A stretch of 64,000 nt of DNA. It comes from Verrucomicrobiota bacterium. Lineage in GTDB: Bacteria > Verrucomicrobiota > Verrucomicrobiia > Limisphaerales > UBA9464. The DNA lies in contig VHCG01000001.1 of NCBI GenBank assembly GCA_016871805.1, positions 129,562-193,561 on the forward strand. The letters run 5' to 3'. Shown here one piece after another: positions 1 through 9,846 of the stretch; positions within the stretch are counted from its first letter, which is position 1; every line of letters starts with the position of its first letter. The notes below the pieces were generated by a model that saw nothing but the letters and a program-made list of their open reading frames with translations, searched no databases and was not told the DNA's origin. Position numbers and translations under genes: made by a program.

Positions 1-990
1 CGGGGCCGCGGCCTCGGGTCGACGCGACGGAGGAGACAGGTACCGGAACGGGCTGCTCGGGTTGTCGTTGTCGTACGCGTAGGCGTCCCGGTGCTTCAGG
101 AAGTACCGCAGCTGCTCGACCGGGATGGCGAACCCGAGCCCCTCGCCAAAGGTGAGCTTCATGTTGGTCACCCCCACCACGGCTCCCCGAAGATTGAACA
201 GGGGGCCGCCGGAATTGCCCGGGTTGATCTGGGTGGTGGTCTGAAGATACAGCTCCCCACCCACCGGCCGAGCCGTGGTGCTGACAATCCCCTCGGTCAC
301 CGTTCGCTCCAGGCCCTGGGGGCTGCCGATGGCAAAGACCCGGTCCCCTTGGGAGACGACATCCGAATCCCCCAGCGGCACCACCTTGAACTTCGGGGCC
401 CCCTTGTCGTCGATCTTGAGCAACGCGAGGTCCCCGAACTTGTTCATCGCGAGGATGCGGACATCGCGGTAGCTGCGGCGCTCCAGCTGACCGTCCTTCT
501 GGTGGTAGACCTCGATGGAGATCCGCGTCTCCCCCTCGATGACATGGAAGTTGGTGATGAGGAATCCGTCCTCATGGATGAAGAAACCCGATCCCAACCC
601 GCCGGGGGTCCGAACCTGGACCACGGCCTCGCCCAGCTTGGAGACCCAGTCGCGGACCGACGCCTCGGGCTCGAACCCCGTCGCCTGGGTGAACAGAGAG
701 GAATCTCGTCCCGCCTCTGGAAGGACGACCTTCGACGATTCACCGCCCCCCGGGGTTTCCTTGGCGGCCGGGGATGGGGATTCCGGACCCCGGATCACCT
801 TCAGGACCTGGGATCTCGGGATGCTCAGGACGGTGTAGCCGACGTCGAGGAACAGCGCGTCCTTCTTCTCCGCGACGATGCGCCCGGAGAGCGAGGCCTG
901 GTCCTTGAGCTGGACGGTATCGCCGAGGACCAGCACCGGGAACATCCAGGCAGCGGCCCTCAACAGGTCCAGGAAACGTCGTTCTCTCAT
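1..990 (-). CDS. Trypsin-like serine protease (S1C/HtrA-like); 3' end runs off the window
   Basis: Absent from the ORF track because it has no stop in the window. Manual minus-strand translation from ATG (990-988) gives MRERRFLDLLRAAAWMFPVLVLG..., with catalytic contexts TNFHVI, DLALLKI and GNSGGPLFN (codons around 199-219). The track ORF 91..1167(+) is its antisense shadow. Confidence 0.85.
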   Translation of the reverse strand, partial: MRERRFLDLLRAAAWMFPVLVLGDTVQLKDQASLSGRIVAEKKDALFLDVGYTVLSIPRSQVLKVIRGPESPSPAAKETPGGGESSKVVLPEAGRDSSLFTQATGFEPEASVRDWVSKLGEAVVQVRTPGGLGSGFFIHEDGFLITNFHVIEGETRISIEVYHQKDGQLERRSYRDVRILAMNKFGDLALLKIDDKGAPKFKVVPLGDSDVVSQGDRVFAIGSPQGLERTVTEGIVSTTARPVGGELYLQTTTQINPGNSGGPLFNLRGAVVGVTNMKLTFGEGLGFAIPVEQLRYFLKHRDAYAYDNDNPSSPFRYLSPPSRRPEAAAP

Positions 991-1096
991 CCGGATTCCA
1001 CGCTACGGGCGGTTCCCCGCCCGGGCAAGCCACCCCGTCTGGCCGCGGCCCGGGTCGAGCCACCATTGCCGGATCCAGGGAGGGAGAAGGCCCGGA

Positions 1097-1517
1097 GGGG
1101 ACTCACCCGGGGACGCGGAGGCACGGAGGAAATACGGGGGAGATCAAGACGGAGGCGATACCGGTAGGGCTGTGCTCCGCCACGGCCCCCTCTCGATCCG
1201 ATACGCGTGGTACACCCGTGAGGGGGGCAGGGTCTCTCATGCGTCAGAGGATTCCGACTGGACCGCTGGTCGACCAAACCCTCGCGGTCTAGATGGGGAC
1301 GCCACGGAGGGCGGTCCCTACCGCGGTGGGCGCTTCCGCGCCCACGGATGCAGGGCACTGCATCACCCACCCACCGAGGCCCGTGGCCTCGGAAACCACC
1401 GATCGACGCCTTTGGTATCGGGCCTATAACACCTCCCAGCCCCTGTTTTTTTCCGACCTCGTTCGTCTCCCTCCTCTCCTCTTTCCTCCGCGCCTCCGCG
1501 TCACCGTGTGAGTCCCC
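1097..1517. mobile_element. MITE-like non-autonomous element (~421 bp) with 36-bp terminal inverted repeats
   Basis: Left end 1097-1132 is GGGGACTCACCCGGGGACGCGGAGGCACGGAGGAAA. The reverse complement of right end 1482-1517 is GGGGACTCACACGGTGACGCGGAGGCGCGGAGGAAA, a 33/36 match. There is no credible ORF inside. An internal palindrome ATGCAGGGCACTGCAT lies at 1348-1363. Related copies start at 32296 and 46862. Confidence 0.6.
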
Positions 1518-1602
1518 TCTTCCCCCTCCCCGCCCCAGTCCCCGGCCCCTCGGCCACAGCCCACGATTGCCCGGCAGGTCGGCCTGGCCCTACGCTGGAC
1601 GC

Positions 1603-2910
1603 ATGCTCTCCCGGATTGGAACGCGTCTCACGCTCATGGTGTTGCTCGCCGCGTCGACCCTTGCCGGCACCCGGAACTGGCCGGAGTTCTGCGGTCCGGA
1701 CGGGTCGGGTCGCTCGGAGTCGAAACGCCTTCCGCTGACCTGGAACGAGACGAACGGCGTCGTCTGGAAGACACCCCTCCACGGCAGGGCCTGGTCCTCG
1801 CCCGTGGTCTGGAAGGACCAGGTCTGGGTGACGACCGCCACCGAGGACGGACGGAAACTCTCGGCCATCGCGGTCGACCGGAACTCGGGCCGGATCCTGC
1901 ACGACCGTGTGCTGTTCCGCGTCGAGAAGCCGCAGTTCGCCCACAAGTTCAACACCTACGCCTCGCCCACCCCGGCAATCGAGTCGGGCCGGGTCTACGT
2001 GACGTTCGGATCCCCGGGAACCGCCTGTCTCGACACCCGGACCGGCAAGACCCTCTGGGAACGGACCGACTTCGTCTGCAACCATTTCCGGGGCGCGGGA
2101 TCGTCACCCATCCTCGATGCCGACCGGCTCTACCTGAACTTCGACGGCAGCGACCACCAGTACCTGGTGGCGCTCGACAAGAAGACCGGCAGGACCCTTT
2201 GGGAGACGCGACGCGGCATCGACTACAAGGACCTCGGGCCCGACGGAAAACCGGACAGCGACGGCGACTGGCGGAAGGCCTACGGCACCTGCCGGCTCAC
2301 GCGCCTCGATGGGGTTCCGCAGCTCCTGAGCCAGGGAGCGAAGGCGATGTACGGCTATGATCCGTCGACCGGACGCGAACTCTGGCGCATCGAGGAACGC
2401 ACCAGCCATTCGGCGGGGACCCGGCCCGCCGTGGGCTTCGGGATGGCCTTCATTCCGACGGGCTGGTCCCAGGGACAGATCCTCGCGATCCATCCGGGCA
2501 AGGCCGGCGGGGTGATCGACGCCAACGCCGAGATCCCCGCCGATTCCCCCGTGCAGATCGTCTGGCGTTCGAAGCGGGGCGTGCCCAAGAAACCGTCGCT
2601 GCTCCTGGTCGACGACCTGCTGTTTGCAATCGATGACAACGGGGTGGCCACCTGCTGGGAGGCCCAGACGGGGAAAATGGTCTGGAACGAACGGGTCGGG
2701 GGCAACTACTCCGCCTCGCCGGTGGCCGGGCCGGGTCGGATCTACGTCTGCAGCGAGGAAGGCAAGGTGACGGTCCTGGCCACCAGCAGGACCTTCCAGA
2801 AACTCGCCGAGAACCAGCTCGGTGATGGCTTCATGGCCTCGCCCGCACTCTCGGGCAACAGCCTCATCCTCCGCTCGAAGTCGGCCCTCTACCGCATCGG
2901 GAAGAACTGA
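1603..2910 (+). CDS. PQQ-like beta-propeller repeat protein (BamB/PQQ-repeat family), secreted
   Basis: Same frame as track ORF 1348..2910. Start moved to ATG 1603, which gives signal peptide MLSRIGTRLTLMVLLAASTLAG; the upstream part lies in the repeat element. Recurring blade-like W/G motifs are present (VWKTPLHGRAWSSPVVW, LWETRRG, ELWRIEE, MVWNERVGG). Confidence 0.8.
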   Translation: MLSRIGTRLTLMVLLAASTLAGTRNWPEFCGPDGSGRSESKRLPLTWNETNGVVWKTPLHGRAWSSPVVWKDQVWVTTATEDGRKLSAIAVDRNSGRILHDRVLFRVEKPQFAHKFNTYASPTPAIESGRVYVTFGSPGTACLDTRTGKTLWERTDFVCNHFRGAGSSPILDADRLYLNFDGSDHQYLVALDKKTGRTLWETRRGIDYKDLGPDGKPDSDGDWRKAYGTCRLTRLDGVPQLLSQGAKAMYGYDPSTGRELWRIEERTSHSAGTRPAVGFGMAFIPTGWSQGQILAIHPGKAGGVIDANAEIPADSPVQIVWRSKRGVPKKPSLLLVDDLLFAIDDNGVATCWEAQTGKMVWNERVGGNYSASPVAGPGRIYVCSEEGKVTVLATSRTFQKLAENQLGDGFMASPALSGNSLILRSKSALYRIGKN

Positions 2911-3022
2911 TCGCGGGCGGACCAGGGACCCGAGCAGAGACGGCGGGAACACGGGGGATGGGGCGGACCGAGGAACGCGGTTTTGGGATCGTCGCGGAGA
3001 CCCGGATCCCTACCGTTCCGGG

Positions 3023-3979
3023 GTGACCACCCTGCCCTCTTCTCCCCTTCGGCACCCGCTGCTCGCCCTCGCCCTCGTCCTCGCCACCGCAGGCCCGCTC
3101 CTCGGGAAGGAAACCCTGTTCGTCGCAACCCCGCTCACGTCCGGCGACTTCACCCAGGGGATCGAAGGGCCCGCCTGTGATCGTGAGGGCAACATCTACT
3201 GCGTCAGCTTCCGCGACGCCCGCAACATCGCCCGGGTGAAGCCGGATGGCACCGCCGAGCTGTTCGTGGCCCTTCCCGAAGGCAGCTGGGGCAACGGGAT
3301 CCGCATCGATCCCGCCGGCACGATGTACGTCGCCGACTACACCGGACACAATGTGCTGCGCATCGAGCCCAGGACCCGACAGATCCAGGTGCTGGCCCAC
3401 GACGATCGGATGAACCAGCCGAACGACCTGGCCCTTGCCCGCGACGGCACCCTGTATGCCAGCGATCCGAACTGGAAGGCCGGCACCGGCCAGCTCTGGC
3501 GGATCACCCCCGACGGCAGGACCCACCGCGAGGCAACCGGCATGGGAACCACCAACGGGATCGAGGTGAGCCCCGACGGCCGCATCCTCTACGTCAACGA
3601 GAGCGTCCAGCGGGTGATCTGGGCCTTCGACATCGCCCCCGACGGCTCCCTCGCGAACAAACGCCGATTCAAGGAGTTCCCCGACTTCGGGTTCGATGGC
3701 ATGCGCTGCGATGTCGACGGTAACCTCTATGTCACCCGCCACGCCAAGGGGGTCGTCGCCAAGATCAGTCCCAGTGGGGAGGTCCTCCGGGAAGTGGATG
3801 TCCTCGGCAAGAACCCGACCAACCTCTGCTTCGGCGGACCCGATGGCCGGACGGTCTACGTCACCGAGGCCGAGACGAAGCGCCTGGTCCAGTTCCGGGT
3901 GGATCGTCCCGGACTCGAGTGGGAACGGAACCGGGTGCCGAACCCCGCCGGAAAAACCCAGGACGTCACACCGCGGTAA
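3023..3979 (+). CDS. SMP-30/gluconolactonase/LRE family protein, secreted
   Basis: Same frame as track ORF 2822..3979. The likely start is GTG 3023, just before signal peptide TTLPSSPLRHPLLALALVLATAG. Six-bladed-propeller-type motifs are present: GPACDREGNIYCV, YVADYTGHNVLRI, PNDLALARDGTLYASD, TNGIEVSPDGRILYV, DGMRCDVDGNLYV, NLCFGGPDGRTVYVT. Confidence 0.8.
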   Translation: MTTLPSSPLRHPLLALALVLATAGPLLGKETLFVATPLTSGDFTQGIEGPACDREGNIYCVSFRDARNIARVKPDGTAELFVALPEGSWGNGIRIDPAGTMYVADYTGHNVLRIEPRTRQIQVLAHDDRMNQPNDLALARDGTLYASDPNWKAGTGQLWRITPDGRTHREATGMGTTNGIEVSPDGRILYVNESVQRVIWAFDIAPDGSLANKRRFKEFPDFGFDGMRCDVDGNLYVTRHAKGVVAKISPSGEVLREVDVLGKNPTNLCFGGPDGRTVYVTEAETKRLVQFRVDRPGLEWERNRVPNPAGKTQDVTPR

Positions 3980-4006
3980 CACCTCCCCGGCACCGTCGAC
4001 ACCCGA

Positions 4007-5305
4007 GTGAACGCTGTCCGATCCATCCGAGTGTCCGCAGTCCTGGCACTGCACGCGCTGTTGTGCGGGGCACTGCCGGGTCCGGTCCTGGTCCACACCG
4101 AGGCGGCCACCAACGCCCCGGCACTCCCGGCGCTCCCAGTGGCGATCCGCCTCGAGGAGTCGATCTGGCGGGATGAGATCCTCGGCGACGTCAACGGGGC
4201 CCTCCGGGGCTACCGTGCGCTGCTGCAGACGGAAACCCTTCCCGACCGGCTGAAGGCCGAGACGCTGTATCAGCTCGCCTTCGCCCTCGCCCTCAAGGGC
4301 AACCCGGACAAGGCGGTCGAGACCCTCATCCAGGTGGTGGATGGGTTCCCCGGACTCGAACCGTTCGCCCTCTACGCCAGCCAGGGCATCCGGATCCTGA
4401 GCCCCGACGCGGTCAAGCGGGGCCGCCAGTGGCAGCACGACGAGGTGGTTCGGATCGGCGATCTTGCCATCGCACTCGACGGCGCGTTGTCGCGAACCGA
4501 GACCCAGGACGCCATCGGGATCCTCGCCGAACTCCAGGACTCGATCGAGGTCCTGGTCTCCCAGCTGGCGGACGGACCCGAGCGGACCCTCTGGGACTCA
4601 CGGTCCCGGAAACTCGCCGAGGCCCGACGACTCCTCGCAGACGCCCGGATGTCCGAGGTTCGGGGACTCTGGAACGGAGCCGACCTGTCGGGGTCCCTGT
4701 CCCGTCGCGACGGACTCTTCGACGCGGAGGATTTCAGCGCCTGGATCGTCGGGCGACGCGACGCCTTCGCACGGGCGCTGCAGCGCGGGGACGTACCGGG
4801 GATGGGAACCGAGGCCGAACCCCTCCGGCGGTTCGGCAACCGGATGGGCGATCGGGTCGAGGACTCCTCGGCCCGCCAATACGCCCGCCTCCTGGCGGAC
4901 GCCATGACGCTGGTCGAGACCCTGGCCCGACAGGGGCGGTTCGCCGAGGCCCGCGCCCAGCTGCGTCGCACCGACCGTGCGCTGGACCGAGCCTACGGGG
5001 CCTACCGGCTCCAGGTCCCGGGGTTGACGACCTTTCCGGAAGATCTCCGGCCGGAGCTGGTGCGGCTTCTGACCGGCGTCGAAGCCACGCTCGAGCGGCT
5101 GGACGATCCCAAACCCGAGGCGCCCGCCGCCCCGTCGCTGGCCTGGTCCATCGATCAGATCCAGATCCTGCTGCCCTCCGTGACTGACCTCCCATCCCGA
5201 CAGCGCCTCGCGCAATGGCGTGCGGATTTCGAGGCCGCCCGATCCGCCCTGGATGCCGGCCAGTCCGAGCGGGCCCGGAAGATCCTCCAGACCTATGAGT
5301 TCTGA
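4007..5305 (+). CDS. Hypothetical secreted all-alpha protein (TPR-like stretch), first gene of a 3-gene signalling operon
   Basis: GTG start. N-terminal signal-like segment is MNAVRSIRVSAVLALHALLCGALPG. The sequence is helix-rich (ETLYQLAFALALKGNPDKAVETLIQVV). It lies 61 bp upstream of the histidine kinase gene. Confidence 0.6.
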   Translation: MNAVRSIRVSAVLALHALLCGALPGPVLVHTEAATNAPALPALPVAIRLEESIWRDEILGDVNGALRGYRALLQTETLPDRLKAETLYQLAFALALKGNPDKAVETLIQVVDGFPGLEPFALYASQGIRILSPDAVKRGRQWQHDEVVRIGDLAIALDGALSRTETQDAIGILAELQDSIEVLVSQLADGPERTLWDSRSRKLAEARRLLADARMSEVRGLWNGADLSGSLSRRDGLFDAEDFSAWIVGRRDAFARALQRGDVPGMGTEAEPLRRFGNRMGDRVEDSSARQYARLLADAMTLVETLARQGRFAEARAQLRRTDRALDRAYGAYRLQVPGLTTFPEDLRPELVRLLTGVEATLERLDDPKPEAPAAPSLAWSIDQIQILLPSVTDLPSRQRLAQWRADFEAARSALDAGQSERARKILQTYEF

Positions 5306-5366
5306 GACGGCCGCCCTCACCCTTCGGAATCGTGGGGTCCCATCGGGGGGCACCACCCGCTGACCC

Positions 5367-7217
5367 ATGCCATCACTGGCCTCCAGAATCCGGCTGAGCC
5401 CACGGAACGAGCTGATCCTGACGCTCGGGATCCTCGTGCTGGCGGTCGCCCTGCCCGCGATGGCCCTGATGTGGTCGACCCGACAGATCCTCGACCGGGA
5501 GTCCCGCAACCTCCGGGTCGACTACGATCGGCTCCATCGGCTCCAGCTCCAGGCCGCCGGCCTCGAGATCGCGAACCGGATCCGGGCCCTCGCCAGCCCG
5601 ACCCCGGAGGAGACGACGAACACCACCCAGGGTATTGGCAGCCGATTCCTGGAGCTTCTCAACCAGCACAAGGCTGACAGTGTCCTCATTCTCGATGACG
5701 AGGGTCGACCCCTCTATCCGGCGCCGGTGTGGGCCATCGCCGCGTCGAGTCCCAAGGATGAGGCCGCGTCGAAGCACCTGTTGGCGCTCTGGGAGGAGGT
5801 CACCCCCAACGCGCCGGTCGAAGGGGTCCTGCGGACGTTGAGGACCCTTGAGACCGAGTCGCTCGGAGCGGCCCGGACCCTGAGCGGACGACTCGTGGTG
5901 CCGGGACTCGAATGGGCGGCGGTCTCGATGATGGATCCAGGACATTCGGAGTACCGGCGCACCCTCGACTCGCTCGATCGGCATGTCCGGGACTATTCCG
6001 ATCCGCTGATGCCTGCGGGTCAGCGCCTCTTCCTCCGGGAGCGTCTGCGCTCGGTCGGAATCGACGACACCCCCTCCGCCGAGGAAGCCGAGCGGCTCGG
6101 TCTGGCGGCAGCGATCTCGTTCCGCCGACCGGAGAACCCGGGCATCCTGGAGAGGGCCCGGGGGATGGAGTCGGTCTGGATGCTCCGGTCGCCGGAGGGA
6201 ACCGTGGTGTGGCTCTTTCGGGAGGAGCGTCTCCGACAGCTCATGGAGACCCTCGCACAACGGTCCCTCGCACCCCGGGGCTACACCGTCACCCTCGGAC
6301 GGATCCCGGAGGGAACCCCCGAACGCAACGGCCTCCAGGCACCCATCGGGGAGGCCTGGCCTGGATGGGAACTGCGGCTTGACGGGACGCAGGCCGACCT
6401 CGCGATCCAGCAGGCCATCCGGCGCCAGGCACTCCTCCATCTCCTGACCGCCGTGTGCGCCATTGTGCTCGGGGGCTTCCTCGGCGGACTCGCGGTCCGA
6501 CGTTTCCTCCAACAGGCCCGCTCCACACAGGTCCGGCACGACTTCCTCTCGCTGGTGTCCCACGAGCTCCGAACCCCGCTCACCTCCATCCGCATGCTGG
6601 TGGATTCCCTAGCTGGGGATCCGGACCCGGACCCCGGACGGACGCGTCAGTACCTCGGGATCATCGCCCGGGAGAACCAGAGGCTGAGCCGGCTGGTCGA
6701 CGACTTCCTGACCTTCTCCAGGCTCGAGCGCGGCCGCATGACCTATGACTTCCAGACCGTCGCCCCCGAGGAGATCACCGAGGCGGCGGTCGCCAGCGTC
6801 CGAACCCGCTTCTCGGTTCCCGGATGCGACCTCCGGGTCGAGACCTCGCCCGACCTCCCACCGATCGAGGCCGATGTCCCATCCCTGTCCACCGCCCTCA
6901 TCAACCTGCTCGAGAACGCCTTCAAGTACTCCGGCCCCGAGAAACGCATCCTCCTCACCACCACGCGACAGACTGGCGACATCTGCTTCGCGGTCGTGGA
7001 CAACGGCTGCGGATTCACGCCGGATCATCGGGAACGCATCTTCGAGCGGTTCTACCGGGTCCAGGGCTCGGGACAGGGTTCGGCCGGCGTCGGACTCGGG
7101 CTCCACATCGTGAAGTCCATCGTCGAGGCCCACCGTGGCCGCATCGAGGTCGACAGCACGCCCGGACACGGCAGCCGGTTTGCCATCCACATCCGCGTCA
7201 CCCCACCCAACCCCTGA
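5367..7217 (+). CDS. Sensor histidine kinase (large periplasmic domain, HisKA + HATPase_c)
   Basis: H-box FLSLVSHELRTPLTSI, N-box LINLLENAFKYS, G-boxes DNGCGF and GLGLHIVKSIVEAHRGRIEV. Two TM segments flank a ~330-aa sensor domain. Confidence 0.92.
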   Translation: MPSLASRIRLSPRNELILTLGILVLAVALPAMALMWSTRQILDRESRNLRVDYDRLHRLQLQAAGLEIANRIRALASPTPEETTNTTQGIGSRFLELLNQHKADSVLILDDEGRPLYPAPVWAIAASSPKDEAASKHLLALWEEVTPNAPVEGVLRTLRTLETESLGAARTLSGRLVVPGLEWAAVSMMDPGHSEYRRTLDSLDRHVRDYSDPLMPAGQRLFLRERLRSVGIDDTPSAEEAERLGLAAAISFRRPENPGILERARGMESVWMLRSPEGTVVWLFREERLRQLMETLAQRSLAPRGYTVTLGRIPEGTPERNGLQAPIGEAWPGWELRLDGTQADLAIQQAIRRQALLHLLTAVCAIVLGGFLGGLAVRRFLQQARSTQVRHDFLSLVSHELRTPLTSIRMLVDSLAGDPDPDPGRTRQYLGIIARENQRLSRLVDDFLTFSRLERGRMTYDFQTVAPEEITEAAVASVRTRFSVPGCDLRVETSPDLPPIEADVPSLSTALINLLENAFKYSGPEKRILLTTTRQTGDICFAVVDNGCGFTPDHRERIFERFYRVQGSGQGSAGVGLGLHIVKSIVEAHRGRIEVDSTPGHGSRFAIHIRVTPPNP

Positions 7218-7221
7218 GACC

Positions 7222-7920
7222 GTGGACACCCCGACATCCCTGAGACAGGAGACGGTCCTCATCATCGAGGACGATCCCGCCATCCTCTTCGGCCTGCGCG
7301 ACAACTTCGAGCGGGCTGGCTATGCGGTGCGGACCGCGGTCGAGGGTCACCTCGGCCTTGATCTTGCCCGTTCGCTCCGACCGGACCTCATCCTCCTCGA
7401 CCTGATGCTGCCAGGCCGGTCGGGCTACGAGATCTGCCAGACCCTCCGGGCCGAGGACCACGACATGCCGATCCTCATGATCACCGCCCTCGGCCAGGAG
7501 GACCAGGTGGTCAAGGGACTCAACCTGGGAGCCGACGACTACATCACCAAGCCCTTCAGCATCCATGAGCTGCTCGCCCGCGTGGCGGGGTTCCTGCGGC
7601 GACGTCGCAAAGCCTTGCCCGACCGGGTCGTGTTCAGGGACTGGGAACTCGACCGTGCCTCGAAGCGCCTGACCCGGGCCGGCCAACCCGTGGACCTCAC
7701 CCCCAAGGAATACGGTCTGCTCGAGTACTTCGTCCGCAACCAGGGCCGGGCGCTGACCCGGGACCAGATCCTGGACGCGGTCTGGGGCGGTGGGATTGTG
7801 GTGGCCGACCGGAGCGTCGACCGCGCCGTGACCACTCTCCGGGGCAAGATCGAGGACAAGCCGCACCGACCGCGGTTCATCCAGACGGTTCCCCAGGTCG
7901 GCTACCGGTTCGAGGCCTAG
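7222..7920 (+). CDS. OmpR-family DNA-binding response regulator
   Basis: Same frame as track ORF 7135..7920. GTG 7222 lies 4 nt after the kinase stop. Receiver motifs are VLIIEDDP, DLILLDLMLPG and ITKPF. The winged-helix C-terminus reads LTPKEYGLLEYFVRNQGRALTRDQILDAVWG...IQTVPQVGYRF. Confidence 0.9.
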   Translation: MDTPTSLRQETVLIIEDDPAILFGLRDNFERAGYAVRTAVEGHLGLDLARSLRPDLILLDLMLPGRSGYEICQTLRAEDHDMPILMITALGQEDQVVKGLNLGADDYITKPFSIHELLARVAGFLRRRRKALPDRVVFRDWELDRASKRLTRAGQPVDLTPKEYGLLEYFVRNQGRALTRDQILDAVWGGGIVVADRSVDRAVTTLRGKIEDKPHRPRFIQTVPQVGYRFEA

Positions 7921-8082
7921 TCCGGTCTGGATTGCACACCCAGGCCCTCGGCCAACAATTCCCCTGTGCCGGTGATCGCAGGCTCTCCCGGGGCGCCATG
8001 ACACCACGACACGACAGGACCTCCATCTCGGAGCCGGCCGCCGGAGGGTCGGTGTCGTGGATCGGATCGTCCCACCGACACG

Positions 8083-9621
8083 TCAACCGGCGCCACCGAT
8101 GGCCTTGCGGTGGAGACCGAATGCAGGGCGGAGGGCGCGGCCAACCTCGTCCTGGAGCGCCTGGAGCTCCGCATAGCGTCGCCCAGCGTCGGGGCTCGGG
8201 GAGGCGGTCTCGGAACGATTGAGCCGGACAAAGCGGTCGGTGAGATCCGACAGCGCCACGGTCTCACCCTTATGCAGGCGCCAGCACCAGAGCGCCTGGA
8301 GTGCCGCACCGAAGGCGGCTCCCTCGGCCACCTGCAGGGTCACCACCTCGGCCTGGAAGCAGTCGGCCATGATCTGGCGCCACAGCTTGGACCGGGCCCC
8401 ACCCCCCGTGGCCCGGACCTGGGTGGCCTTCACCCCGAGCTGGGCCAGACGCCGGAGCCCGTAGTCCATCCCCAGCGTCACACCCTCCATGGTTGCCCGG
8501 GCAAAGTGGGCGGCCGTGAAGGTCTTGGGGCGAACCCCCAGAAAGACCCCGGTTCCATCCGGGACGTTCGGCGTGCGTTCGCCCTCCAAATACGGCAGGA
8601 GCAGGAGTCCGTCGGAACCAATGGGGGCCTTCGACGCCGACTTCTCGAAGGCCGCATGGTCGAGTCCGAAGTCGTTGCGGACCATCTCGGTCGCCACCGT
8701 CACGTTCATCGTGCACAGGAGTGGGAGCCACTGGTTGGCCGAGTCGCAGAACGCGGCGATCTCGCCCTGCGGATCCACGACCGGCTTCGAGGCACAGGCA
8801 TAGATGGTGCCGCTGGTGCCGAGGCTGGCCGTGACCACGCCCTCCCGTGTGTTCCCGGTGCCGATCGCCCCCATCATGTTGTCCCCACCGCCGGCACTCA
8901 CGACGATGCCGGCGTAGAGCCCCAGCTGACGCGCCGCCGAAGCCGTGAGGGCGCCTGCGGGGCGGTCGCTCGACGCGATCGCCGGCAGCTTGCCGAGAAG
9001 ATCGGCATCGATGGCCCGGATCGCCGTCTCACACCAGCGCCGCTTGCGGACGTCCATGAGGGCGGTGCCCGAGGCATCGCCGTATTCCATGAACCGTTCC
9101 CCGGTGAGCCAGAAGTTTAGGTAGTCGTGCGGCAGCAGGACCGTCGCCAGCCGTGCGAAATTCTTTGGCTCGTGTCGCTTCAGCCAGAGGATCTTTCCAG
9201 CAGTGAACCCCGGAACGACGGCGTTGCCCAACGCCTTCACGGTCGCCTTGGGACCGCCGAGGGCGGCCGTGATCTCGGCACACTCGGTGGCGGTCGTGGT
9301 GTCGCACCACAGCTTGGCCGGGCGGATCACCTGGCCCAAGGAGTCCAACGGGACGAACCCGTGCTGCTGCCCGCTGACTCCGATCCCAACCACCTCCGAG
9401 GCCGAGGCCTTGGCCGCTTTCAGGGCCTCCCGGACGGATTGGGTCAGTGCGCGGACCCAGACCTTCGGATGCTGCTCCTTGGCCCCGGCGGGCAGGTTCG
9501 GGATCAGGCCGTACCGGGCACTGCCCTCGCCCAGGACCCTACCCGAGGCGGCCTCCACGACGAGGGCCTTGGTGGATTGCGTGCCGGAATCGATGCCGAT
9601 GAGGAGGGTGCGCTTCGCCAT
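8083..9621 (-). CDS. xylB: Xylulokinase (FGGY carbohydrate kinase)
   Basis: Track ORF 8083..9768 trimmed to the internal ATG, giving MAKRTLLIGIDSGTQSTKALVVE. Also GVSGQQHGFVPLD, a GGGDNMMGAIGTG-type motif and the C-terminal GGGARSKLWRQIMADCF. Confidence 0.88.
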   Translation of the reverse strand: MAKRTLLIGIDSGTQSTKALVVEAASGRVLGEGSARYGLIPNLPAGAKEQHPKVWVRALTQSVREALKAAKASASEVVGIGVSGQQHGFVPLDSLGQVIRPAKLWCDTTTATECAEITAALGGPKATVKALGNAVVPGFTAGKILWLKRHEPKNFARLATVLLPHDYLNFWLTGERFMEYGDASGTALMDVRKRRWCETAIRAIDADLLGKLPAIASSDRPAGALTASAARQLGLYAGIVVSAGGGDNMMGAIGTGNTREGVVTASLGTSGTIYACASKPVVDPQGEIAAFCDSANQWLPLLCTMNVTVATEMVRNDFGLDHAAFEKSASKAPIGSDGLLLLPYLEGERTPNVPDGTGVFLGVRPKTFTAAHFARATMEGVTLGMDYGLRRLAQLGVKATQVRATGGGARSKLWRQIMADCFQAEVVTLQVAEGAAFGAALQALWCWRLHKGETVALSDLTDRFVRLNRSETASPSPDAGRRYAELQALQDEVGRALRPAFGLHRKAIGGAG

Positions 9622-9846
9622 GGTATGAGAAGAGGTCTCGACGATGCCCCGGCCGGGGTTCGATCTCAAAACCCAAATCGGTACCGATCGCGTCGAGGCG
9701 TCTGATGCTCCCCTTCGGTGGGTTATCGGGTGCCTCAACCCCGTGGATGAACCCGCCCCTGATCCCACTCCGACGCTCGCCAGAGTCGAGGCACACGCCT
9801 AGCGTCCCGGGAACCCCGTCGCCATGCCCCAGTCGACACAGCACCC

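Noticed and set aside
91-1167. 358-aa plus-strand ORF at the left edge
   Set aside because: It has R/G/P/L-rich low-information composition. The opposite strand encodes a clear S1C protease (GNSGGPL, TNFHVI), so this is an antisense shadow ORF typical of high-GC DNA.
2864-4438. Long antisense or overlapping ORFs throughout the track (e.g. 2864..4438-, 10767..12524-, 14067..15959-, 16938..19160-, 17408..20041+, 31559..34363-, 55501..57942+, 58944..61088-, 59243..61381+, 62307..63935+)
   Set aside because: Each lies opposite or out of frame to a gene with recognisable family motifs. Their translations are dominated by R, G, P, A and D runs with no motifs, as expected from stop-codon depletion in GC-rich sequence.
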